Positions 54,183 through 64,000 of a DNA stretch of 64,000 nt are shown here, in pieces; position 1 is the stretch's first letter, and every line of letters starts with the position of its first letter. The notes beneath the pieces were generated by a model, which saw nothing but the letters and a program-made list of their open reading frames with translations, had not been told where the DNA came from and searched no databases. Origin of the DNA: Trypanosoma brucei (taxonomy: Eukaryota); contig CH464491.1 of assembly GCA_000002445.1 (NCBI GenBank), forward strand, positions 1,792,001-1,856,000. The letters run 5' to 3'. A program made the position numbers and the translations under genes.

Positions 54183-56021
54183 TCACATACGAAAAACCCC
54201 AAACTTTGTTTCTCCACAAGGAGCTGAAAGCGTTGACAGTAGCGCCTGTACTACGACCGCACGAGTGTCCTCGGGTGCGATAACACCATCATCCCACAGA
54301 CGGGCGGTGCTGTAGTAACACGAACCCTCATACTCGTACTTCGATCTCACTTTAGCCTTGAAGTCTTGTACTTCGTTTTCCCTTAACTTAGAATTCGTTA
54401 GAGCAAGTACTGTCGCCGCTTGGTTTCCCCCCATGACACTGATTCGTGCATTGGGCCACATGAAGAGAAATCGTGGACCAAAGGCGCGCCCGCACATACC
54501 GTAGTTCCCAGCCCCGTAGCTTCCGCCAATGATTATCGTAATCTTCGGAACGTGAGTCGTTGAAACTGCTGTGACAAGCTTTGCGCCATTCTTGGCTATG
54601 CCTCCCTCTTCATACGTTTTGCCAACCATGAATCCCGTGATGTTCTGCAGAAATAGTAGTGGAATATTCCTGTGTGAGCAAAGTTCAACGAAATGGGCAC
54701 CTTTAAGCGCTGATTCAGAATACAGAATACCATTATTAGCAACAATACCCACAAGCATCCCCTCAAAGCGCGCAAATCCACACACCAACGTATCACCATA
54801 TAGCTTTTTGAACTCGTCAAACTCACTTCCATCCACGAGACGAGCTATCACTGCGCGCACATCGAACCCCTTTACTACATCAGCCCCCATATCAGGTATA
54901 AACCCACCTATTTCACTAGGATCATATAATGGTGGAGTGAATTCTCTCCCGCGGCACGGCCTCTCACAGTCGTTCCGGTTAAGGTTCGCCACAATGCGCC
55001 TCGTCAAGTATAGCGCGTGGAGGTCGTCCGTCGCGAAGTAATCAGTCACGCCACTTGCCCGACAGTGAACGTCTGCACCACCCAATTCTTCCGGTGTAAC
55101 CTCCTCACCGGTTGCTGCGAAGACAAGTGGTGGACCGCCAAGAAAAATAGTACCGTTACCTTTAACTATGATACTTTCATCGGACATGGCAGGCACATAT
55201 GCTCCGCCGGCCGTACAGCTTCCCATAACAGTCGCTATTTGGGCGATACCCTTGGCAGACATATTTGCTTGGTTAAAGAATATGCGGCCAAAATGTTGTT
55301 CATCCGGAAACACATCACCTTGCATACCCAAATTGGCGCCACCACTGTCAACGAGATATATGCAGGGAAGGCGATTTTCTTCCGCAATTCTCTGCGCTCG
55401 CAAATGTTTCTTGACAGTGATCGGGTAATACGTCCCACCTTTCACAGTAGCATCATTGGCAACGATCATAACCCGCATGCCGTGCACAACGCCAATACCT
55501 GTTAGGATACCGCCGCGGTGACAAGCTTCTCCGGGATAGAGATCCCCACCAGCGAGTTGAGACAGTTCCAAAAACGGCGACATTGGATCGACAAGCTTCT
55601 CAATGCGCTGATGGACCAAAAGTTTTCCGCGACTGATGTGACGATCCCTCGCTCGCTTATCTGCCTCAGAGTCTCCATCGACAATAACCTGAACACGTCT
55701 ACGAAGTTCAGCGGTAAGTGCCTTCATTCGCTCGGTGTTCGCCTTGAATTCTGGATTTGTGGACTCGGCGGGGTAGTGAAGAACATTTGGCCTCGTAGTT
55801 GCTGGTGCAGACTCGTACTGTGCAGGGTGAAATAGATATACTTCGGACATATTTCCCCCTTTTTGCTCCTTACGAGGGTCCCCCTTGGGAACCTGGCTGC
55901 TCCCCAACGGGACTTCGGACGTTGAGTAATCCCGTCGAGGCCCGAGTGCAAAAACGCGGTGCGAAAAAACAACTGAAACGCTACATCCACAAACCTTGCC
56001 CAACCGGCAAAACGACTTCAT
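54183..56021 (-). CDS. 3-methylcrotonoyl-CoA carboxylase beta subunit (carboxyltransferase), with N-terminal mitochondrial presequence
   Basis: Strong match to MCCC2 over its length ([24 protein letters not shown]...; [47 protein letters not shown]). The first ~57 codons are an Arg-rich presequence. The alternative start is ATG at 55850. Confidence 0.9.
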   Translation of the reverse strand: MKSFCRLGKVCGCSVSVVFSHRVFALGPRRDYSTSEVPLGSSQVPKGDPRKEQKGGNMSEVYLFHPAQYESAPATTRPNVLHYPAESTNPEFKANTERMKALTAELRRRVQVIVDGDSEADKRARDRHISRGKLLVHQRIEKLVDPMSPFLELSQLAGGDLYPGEACHRGGILTGIGVVHGMRVMIVANDATVKGGTYYPITVKKHLRAQRIAEENRLPCIYLVDSGGANLGMQGDVFPDEQHFGRIFFNQANMSAKGIAQIATVMGSCTAGGAYVPAMSDESIIVKGNGTIFLGGPPLVFAATGEEVTPEELGGADVHCRASGVTDYFATDDLHALYLTRRIVANLNRNDCERPCRGREFTPPLYDPSEIGGFIPDMGADVVKGFDVRAVIARLVDGSEFDEFKKLYGDTLVCGFARFEGMLVGIVANNGILYSESALKGAHFVELCSHRNIPLLFLQNITGFMVGKTYEEGGIAKNGAKLVTAVSTTHVPKITIIIGGSYGAGNYGMCGRAFGPRFLFMWPNARISVMGGNQAATVLALTNSKLRENEVQDFKAKVRSKYEYEGSCYYSTARLWDDGVIAPEDTRAVVVQALLSTLSAPCGETKFGVFRM

Positions 56022-56758
56022 AAGAACCTAGGCAAATAATAAATCGGGGTAAACAGAGGAATACTACATATATTTGCAACCATTCCTTCAATAGTTTTAA
56101 CTCTATCGCTACAAAAGCTGGCACATTAGTCTCATTCACCACCAGCACTACGAAACATTCTCCACATCACGTACACACAGGGGTATGCGGGGATATATTA
56201 ATCACACTGAGTAAATTTTTTTTTAAAGAAAAGGTGCATGCAGCAGCGATTAGGCATACTGCCTATTTTTTCCACTTAAAAAATGGCACTCGCTCTGACG
56301 TAGTTTATGATGAAATATAACGTAAAAGAAGACAAAGAGCAGTATCCCAAAACTGACGCCGACCGCACTGTGTCGGGTGGTACAGTTTGACAGCTCATGA
56401 CCCACAACAGGAGGGAACCCCCCTGTAAACGGCACAAGACAGATCCTGTTTCGTTGAAGAGAGAAAACAGTGACAACGTCAAGCATAAAAACACAAAAAA
56501 AATATAGACGAGTTTGAGGGAGGGAAAGGACACGATGCCCATAAACACTTTGATAATTGTATTCCCCCATCTTAGGACAACGACGACAATAACCGCCTTG
56601 ATAATAATAAGTATGATAAGCTTTAAAAAAAATGAGACTCTCAGCTGGGAGGTTCCTTTGTTTTTCACTTTTGACTTCCACCGCCTCAACTCCCAAGTAT
56701 CAAAAAAGTGAAGGCAAGCACAGTGCCTTATTCAGTGCCGTTCGACCTCTCCTACCCA

Positions 56759-57160
56759 CTAGGTAGCAAAAATGTAGCACAATAAAAGGAGAATTAAAAG
56801 AAATAACCCCACAATATGATATACTGAAAGAACACCTCCGCCACCTTTTACCTTTGTTAACGGCACATCGTCTCCCAACTTCCTTACTCGAACCGGTGGG
56901 GGAGCGGAAGATGGGTCGAGTTCACCGATTATGAACTCTTTTGATAGGGCAAGTGCTGAAGAGGAGTGCCCGATACTTTCAAAAGAGTTTGTGATATCGT
57001 ATCCTCCGAGGTCATTAATTGTATCAAGGCCTCCGGGGTGCTCGTTCAAAAACTTCGTAACGTCCAACACTCGTCTGTAAAGAACGACCCAGCAGTCCTT
57101 ATCATGATTGTGTTTCCTTATCTCCTCCCAAGTATATTTTGGGAGTTGTGACGTTGTCAT
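56759..57160 (-). CDS. Cytochrome b5 (tail-anchored)
   Basis: 133 aa. The heme-binding core is WVVLYRRVLDVTKFLNEHPGGLD...FESIGHS. The C-terminal hydrophobic anchor is VYHIVGLFLLILLLLCYIF. Confidence 0.85.
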   Translation of the reverse strand: MTTSQLPKYTWEEIRKHNHDKDCWVVLYRRVLDVTKFLNEHPGGLDTINDLGGYDITNSFESIGHSSSALALSKEFIIGELDPSSAPPPVRVRKLGDDVPLTKVKGGGGVLSVYHIVGLFLLILLLLCYIFAT

Positions 57161-58727
57161 TACGCAAACACAGCTTGCGTTGCAGACTACTTTCCCCTAA
57201 ACTGTAACAGCGAGAACTGAGCTATTCACAAGTCAGTGCAAAGGGAGAAAATAGAAGTTGATACACGGTTTTTCAAGTGCTTTTTTTTGTGGTAAAACAA
57301 AGGAAGATGGCAGCATCCTAAGAGTGAGAAACAAAGCAAAATTGACCCACCATAGAAGTATCAAAAGAAAGACACGTGTGTGTTTGCACAACCCACTTCA
57401 AAAGAATATAATAATTTTTCATTTCCTTCCGTGTACGAAAAGGACTTACAATTAGAAAGGGTAAAATCGTATGGAAAAAAACAAAAAAACACAACTTTCT
57501 GCGTCTTCCAGCCCCCGGACACGCCTGATCACAAACTATCCCCACACACTCCTCTTCGTTAACCTTAGTACCGTATAGCGGCAATTGAAATTTGTTATTT
57601 GCCCTCATGTGCGCGTGCATATCTATGTAACAAAAAAGAATATGAAAGTTAGCAACGTCACACAGACAAGTAACTCCTTGCTCCCGCTTCAAAGCATTGC
57701 GCCTCTTTTTGGGGAAAAAAGGGAAAAGGTGTACGAACTTTCGACTGGAAAACGGCGTCAGCACGTAAAACGTGACTATACACAAGAATGGCGAAAAAAA
57801 AAAAGTCGATATGCGGGGACGCACTCATGTACACCAACAAGAAAACGTTTAAAACAAAAAAACTGAAGGAGAAAGAACAACTGTGAGGAAATTCAATAAG
57901 AGGCCCACTACTACCCAATGGTGGGGTTGGTAATTGTCATCGGCAACCCTACAGCCGTGGTTCAGACTGAAAAACGAAGGCAACAAACGTGAAACGAATC
58001 TTACAACGAACATGTTTGGACAGAACAGCTTAGACAATTAAGAGAGGGCAGAAACTCTCGATAACATCGCTCTTACACTTTAATTCTTCCTCGCATTACG
58101 AATGATATTTTTTATAGCACGTACCAAAATATGAGTATAGCTGTGTCGTAAACAGGCAATCCCAACAGATCCACATGCAACAAACCACAGACGATAAGTT
58201 TATGTTCTGCGCCACAAACAAGGACCAAATACAACCGAGGACCTACCATCTTGCGGATCAAACCAAACAGTTAGCGTCCCTAAATCATGGTGAATCCACA
58301 CAATAAACAGATCACAAATCTCATTCAGCTTCATACAAGCAGACACAATGCTGGTAAGGTTGAAACCACGCAACGCACATTACCATCTGCTATAACACTT
58401 TCGTTAAGGAAAAAAAACCATCATGTCGTGTCAGCACATCGTTCACTTCAACCCGAACTGTTTGATACAGTACTTGTACTGTTTCGAAACGCCGGTAGAC
58501 CAATGAGGCATCCCACAGCTTGCAAGTGGCCCTACAAATAAAAAGAAGGGGCTGCCTAGTTAGTTCAACGAGGTTTGAAGATGTACTCCCCTTGTTTCTT
58601 CTGTTCGCGAACAAGCAGAGTTTTGGGAACATATAGCGACTCACCAATATGATCGCCGGTGGAAGAGCCGTGCCAGGCCCAGGCCAAAATAAAATTGTGC
58701 AACATATTCCAGGGAAGGTAGGCTTTC

Positions 58728-58754
58728 CACACACACACACACACACACACACAT
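58728..58754. repeat. (CA)n microsatellite (= (GT)n on the coding/minus strand), ~13 units
   Basis: Direct read: ccacacacacacacacacacacacacat. Confidence 0.95.
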
Positions 58755-59351
58755 AAATAAATAAAGTTCGTATTTCCTATCGTCAAAACCACAATCTAAA
58801 CGATGATCCTCGAACTGACGCATTCAACTCACTCACCGTCATGGCTATTTTATTAAAGAGTAAAGTCCTAATCAGTAGTCCTCTTTTTTTCGTAATGGCA
58901 GTTTGCCGATAGAATAATTAAGTCTTGACGTTTAAACTGAAAAGACGTCTAACAAAGTTTCAAAAGGACAATATATATTTATATTCGCTTTTGGTTGATT
59001 TCGATAATAATCACTTTAATACCAACACGGACCATTGTGCCCGGTAATGGCTGTATCCTTTACATCACCACGATTTTTATCATATGTAAGAATTTTGCAA
59101 CAAAAAGTACAGGGAGTATTACCCGTACAAAGTTATGGGGTCATACACAAAATTTTCCACTGACGAACTTGTCCCAGTTAAGTTTCAGTAAGCCGCATGA
59201 GTGCCTAAACCCTCCCTGTTGCCACTATCACACAGACTTAATCATACGAAGCAGAAGTGAGGTAAGTTTTCTGTGATGTTGTGTTTACCTTTTCCCCATT
59301 CCCTCTTATCTCCTTCCTGTGATATGCCAGTCAGAGAACAAAAGAGGGGCT

Positions 59352-62300
59352 TCAAAGACAACCAGGCGGTTTTGTTACCACAGATTTCTTCCACAATGAC
59401 AAAACACGTTTAAAGTCTTTGAGAGTAGCGACGCACGCCCGCTCACGACCAAATACAAAAAACTTTCGATAATGGCCACGGTTCTTACCCTGTATTGCAT
59501 CGGAAGCTGGCAATAAAAGTACCTTCCTTAACTTTCTGACGGTTACGTAGGCCACCATCAACACTGGGGAGAAAGAGGAACCACATACACAGACACACAC
59601 ACACACATACACACAAGTCACATGTATGTTTTTTCTCCTCATAGAGAATTGCGGCCAGTTTGTTAGGAAGATCGCATCAGCAAACAACATAAGCGTATCG
59701 CCTTCCATGAACGCTGAAGAGAACACGCGCGGTCCACAGATAATGAGTACAGCGCTACCGCCCGCGTACAAAATATACCCCACACCTCCTGTAGTCGCAC
59801 ACGTAGACGCGAACAAGTCCCGAACATCATCACCTGTGCTTTGCCGGTTCCCAGCGCGAGACCGCAACACCCACCAAGGCGCGGCAACCGCCAACGCAAC
59901 GAACCAGAAGCCGAATTGCCGCTGAAAGCGACGCTCCCGAACGCGCCCGGCGCCGGCCGTCAGCAGTGGCATGACAGTTTCCGGTCCACGGAAGCCGGCC
60001 CCAACCCCATCCACGGGTTCCGGATTTCCGCCTCCCACCGGAGGAAACACGGCAGGCTTAACCATCACCTGCTCTTTTTTTAATCACGTGGTGACGTGCG
60101 CGCCAAAGAACATGGGGTCGACCAGGGAAAACAGTAAACTGTGGAAGGGTGGGGAAGCTTGTAGTCATCCGCGCCCCTGGAAAGCATAACTGCCCACTGG
60201 CCGCTAAACCCAGAGCGAGACCACCGTGTTCGGGGGCCAACAAGAGGGGCGCTACTCGGGAAAGGGGGAATGCACCGCCGCCCCCACGTCGATGCTGGTA
60301 CAGAAAGAGGTGAAGAACCGGGTGACGCCATGCAGCGCCGCAATGCAGGAAGGGACCGTCCCGCATGCGCGCACCCGCTTGACAACGACCGCGTCGGCAT
60401 TGGCCAGAGCGTTGGGGAAACGCTGCGGTAACAACCCCCGCCAACCAGGCGCGAGGTCAAAGAATAAACAAATAGCGGAAGCCCGAAACCACCGAAAGAC
60501 AAAGCCTCAGCCGGTGCTACCCCGCGGTGACAGACTGCATGCTGTCTAAGTGAGCTCCGGGCCGAGGGAAAACTGAGCGAACTGCGACATGGAGCGGGAG
60601 CACCTACCATCAAATGGCCCCGAGAAATAAACGGTCTACACATTCGAAAGGGTTAGGGCTCCCGAGCGTGCATTTCAAAACCAAGCAGCCATTAACACCA
60701 CAAGGCCGATCACCCCAAAGGAGGTTGGCAAATGTTTCGTCCCACCACGGTGAGATTGTCAGGAAACAGCCCCATTTACAGGAAGGGCGCCCCCACACCC
60801 AGTGCGGCCACGGGTGGCGCGGTCTTGTGGGACCTAACCTTCGATGGGGAGTCGCCAGCCCAAGACATTTCAAATTAAATAGAACACTCCACCGCAGATT
60901 CCGGGGTGTGCAGCCGCATTCCGCTGCAATATTTAAACTGCGGCGGTGGTTGCTCGCCGTCGCGCTTCAGTGAGGTGCTAAGAACGAAAACGAGAAAGGA
61001 TACCTTTTCCCACCAATTCTATCCGGCCCCCATGATATCGGCCGCTCGTCCGATATTTCTTCACCTTAGACACATTTTTCGAGGGGCTGTGTTCTCAGGC
61101 CTCGATTGGCGGCGCCCTTCGTGGAAACACCAGACCAACGGAGCGACTACCGCGGTACCGCTACGGGCGCGGATGGCAATTTGTTTGTCTCCTTGCGCCC
61201 CATCCCCCACCCCATCCTTTAAGAGGCTGAAAGAAATCGGGTTCAACGCCGGAGTTCACCGACAAGTTGCGGCCCCTTCGTTGTAGGAGCGCTGGTGTTG
61301 TAATGCTCTGAGATTTCCAAGCATTTGCTTAGGTTTTTGGGTTAGTCCCGCCCCGCTGGACGTGCACTCCGAGAGGGGGTGCCTTCCCGAAAGCGTGTTG
61401 CGGAAAGCAACCCTTTTCGCACGCCACGGGCCTTGCCCCTCGCGCTTGAGCACTGCGTCTTAACTGGAAAGGTTCCTTCAACCTTGCATGCGGCCCCACT
61501 CACCGTGGAGACATCGATTGACATTTTTGGGGGTGGGTTGGTGACGTTACGGGGGAGAGAGTCTGACCACGAAAAAAAAACTCACGGAGCCCGGTGCGAA
61601 TTACGAGCGGGTCTGGAGGCGTTGTTTCCGGGCTGTCACCCATCCACGAGTGGACGCGGCAACATAAGCGCACGACTGGGATCTACAGAGGTGTGATTTG
61701 GGAATGTGGGCAGTACCGCCGACGCCCCTTGCTCGATGGAACCCAGCTGGACGAGGAGCAACCGCAACCCGAGAATGCTGCAACAAAAACCTTGGTCCAA
61801 ACATTTCCTATGCGAACGATTCCCTACGACCTTTGCTGCAGTTGCCGTAGCGACGGGAACCAACAGGGAGAAGCTGGGTCCTGGCAGCCGAGTGCCCCCA
61901 CCGAAACATTGAAAACGGAAGGTCCCACCGAGGCGGACGTCCCAACTTTAAGCACACAATTCGTTGTGTCTTAAGGGACCTGTCGGTGGCGCCGCACAGC
62001 GGGTGCCGACAAAGGGCTTTGAAAGACGACCCGTGATTCACACGGGGGTACGGCAGCACAGGCGGAACGGCTTTTGATGCGCGTGAAAGCGAGTACGAAG
62101 CAATGGTACAGAAGGTTTTCATCACGCGGATGGCACTTCGAGCGACCGGCCGCTGGCAAACCACCGGAAACGCTTTGCGGAAACTGGGGTTGATAAACGG
62201 AACAAAGTGCAATGAGGATAACCATCTAAGGAATTCAACCTGCACTGTAGTCGAAAGGGTGGTGTGGAAGAGGGAAGCAGCAATGGCGCCCCGTGCAGGT

Positions 62301-64000
62301 TGCCTGCTGTTGTTGGTTAAAGTTGCTGTTTCACGCTTTTGGAGGAGCGAGCCAGCTGCGAGAGCAGCGCTAGGCAGGCATCAGCGCACTGACGGAATCG
62401 CGGGAAAGGACCTTCACACAAAAACCAGTGGAATAGAGGGGTTGTAGTACGTTGACTCGGTTAACGGCACGGGCTCGGGAGGAGGAAGTTCCTTGCACAA
62501 CCGTCATGGAGAATGAGTAAATCATTTTTACCCAGGGGCGACGGAAGCGTCGCCCAGCTGGCGTGGAACACTTAGGTTACACCACATTGTGGGTGAAGGG
62601 TTCGTTGGGAATAGGCACACATGTGCGAAACTGACGATGTCAAAATTCACACAGTTTGGATGAAGTTGTTTGATAGCATTCTTCTGCGACAGCGGACAAA
62701 ACCCGGTCAAATGCCCTATGGAATGCGGCGGAGTGCGGCGTCGATTGCGCCCGTTGGGATTAAAGACTTCCACTTGGCCCCTCCACGTGGATATCACTGA
62801 GCACCAACCGCGCCGGACGCAGAGACCCGGTAAACCTAAAAACGTTTCCTCTTACTGCGCCGCAAGGCGCCTTCGTTCTCTCCACAAAATTCCCCAGGGT
62901 CTGCAGTGGTTCCGGAGAACGCGGGGAAGCGCCCTATCCTGTTTATCCGAAAAACAACGAAACCCTGTACCTTTCTTTCAGCGTTGTTCCCACGTCTTCC
63001 CCGTGGTTAACGGTCCAGCCGGGGAACATACGTAAAAAGTTGTGCCCAACTTGCTTAACTTGGCTACAAATGTGAAGCACTTGCACCCCTTACGGAAAGA
63101 GTGTGCCACTTGATCCGCCTTCACTACTACGCGTCTTTCAACCGGGAAGCAAAAGTAGAGAAGAAAGCAAGCATTTAAGCGTCAGTGACAAGCAACACTC
63201 ATCTTACAACCCTCGCCCTGTGCGGGGGTGGCATTTATAACAATGATCCGCGTTCCGTGCGACGCCTTCCAAGAGACAACTTCAATGTTTCAGTCTTCCT
63301 GACCTCACGGCGTAGTGTGAAGCAGGAGGCAAGAGGGTAAAACAAACCCCCCGCTTCACGTTCCACCGTCCCTATCGAAACATTTATGAAACAATACGAA
63401 GAAAGGGATTGCTGTTACTTAGACGAACTTTGGTCCATAGGTTTTGCTCCCACAAACTTATGGATCCAAAAAAAAAATTGCTTCGTTTAAGGGAGATGGA
63501 CGCGAAAAACAGACGGAGCCGACAGTCACAACAACACAAACATGACCAAAGCACCGTGATGAGAGCGTTCGCCGCAGCGGGCTCACACGTCCCTCGCTAC
63601 ACCACTGAGGCTATTATGTTGTCAAATATGACGTGCAGGGAACAACCGCAGGCGAACTGGGGCCTCCATTGCCCACGTAGTTCCAAAGGTGCTTCAAGTT
63701 GCCCACAAAGAGGGGAGGATGTGACGGAAAACGCGGGGTTCACACCTATTTTATGCTCAGAACACAAATACACTTTGAGCATCGCCAGTTTGATCACTGG
63801 GTTGTGACGCTGGTTTCATCTCGACTTTCCTTTTCCTCCGTTCAGTTGGCGTTTGGAAAGAGGTGACAGGGGTTGCGCCGCCCACGGAAGCGGCCGCAAC
63901 TCTACGTACCTCTTCTTCGGCCCCTGGCGGCTGTCGGGACCCGACAGCCGCTTTCTTCGCCGCTCGTGGCGTCTTCCCCTTTTCCTTGCTCTTGCTGCGC
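59352..64000. other. G+C-rich block lacking any clean ORF (overlapping 60-190-codon ORFs on both strands); candidate degenerate retroelement (DIRE-like) and/or transcription-unit boundary
   Basis: There is an abrupt composition change relative to the AT/low-complexity intergenic DNA at 57.2-59.3 kb. No frame stays open beyond ~190 codons. The longest ORF (59352-60068) reads through a (GT)n microsatellite. Confidence 0.35.

Noticed and set aside
59352-60068. 238-aa minus-strand ORF, the longest in the terminal G+C-rich block
   Set aside because: It reads straight through a (GT)n microsatellite (translated as CVYVCVCVCVC). It has no motif and overlaps several equally long ORFs on the other strand, so it is most likely a chance ORF in G+C-rich DNA.
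63770-64000. Minus-strand open frame running off the window end (...RSKSKEKGKTPRAAKKAAVGSRQPPGAEEEV...KVEMKPASQPSDQTGDAQSVFVF*)
   Set aside because: It could be the C-terminus of a gene lying beyond 64 kb. However, open frames of ~80 codons are expected by chance in this G+C-rich block, and no motif is present. It was left as unsupported.
1-64000. tRNA, rRNA, spliced-leader RNA genes, CRISPR arrays, bacterial-style promoters/terminators
   Set aside because: No GTTCGAATC-type B-box with an appropriately spaced A-box, no rRNA-like or SL-RNA-like sequence, and no direct-repeat/spacer array were recognised by eye. CRISPR and sigma-70 features are not expected in kinetoplastid nuclear DNA. A computational tRNA/snoRNA scan was not possible here.

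Overview
Kinetoplastid (trypanosomatid) nuclear DNA, most likely Trypanosoma brucei-group chromosome 11.

Evidence for that placement:
- Every supportable CDS (22) lies on the minus strand with no introns, which is the signature of a single RNA pol II polycistronic transcription unit read from high to low coordinates.
- Intergenic regions are pyrimidine-rich on the coding strand (purine/A-rich as seen on the plus strand) and carry (CA)n, (GT)n and (TA)n microsatellites.
- One gene (25355-26947) encodes a clostripain-like C11 cysteine peptidase with His99 and Cys136 in HG / DSC motifs, exactly the published catalytic-residue positions of T. brucei PNT1.

What can be recognised from sequence alone:
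- Serinc/TMS membrane protein.
- 960-aa protein built from 8 degenerate EF-hand-like repeats.
- FHA-domain protein.
- Double twin-Cx9C (CHCH) protein.
- Tandem pair of 40S ribosomal protein S21e genes.
- MIT-like protein.
- PNT1 C11 peptidase.
- Coiled-coil protein.
- MFS (nodulin-like) transporter.
- M17 leucyl aminopeptidase.
- RRM protein.
- CCHC zinc-knuckle protein.
- 3-methylcrotonoyl-CoA carboxylase beta subunit.
- Cytochrome b5.
- Several hypothetical proteins.

Unusual structure:
- A ~9.8 kb stretch (38.5-48.4 kb) without any credible ORF, extremely low-complexity and microsatellite-rich, sits between two genes of the same orientation.
- A ~4 kb gene-free interval (0.8-4.8 kb) lies 3' of a Q/GM-rich gene.
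- A G+C-rich block with no clean ORF at 59.4-64 kb may be a degenerate retroelement and/or the start boundary of the transcription unit.
- The two S21e copies are identical exactly over the CDS and diverge immediately outside it.

No prokaryotic-type features (CRISPR, operon promoters/terminators) are present. No tRNA or rRNA gene was recognised by eye. Product calls come from remembered family motifs, not database searches.
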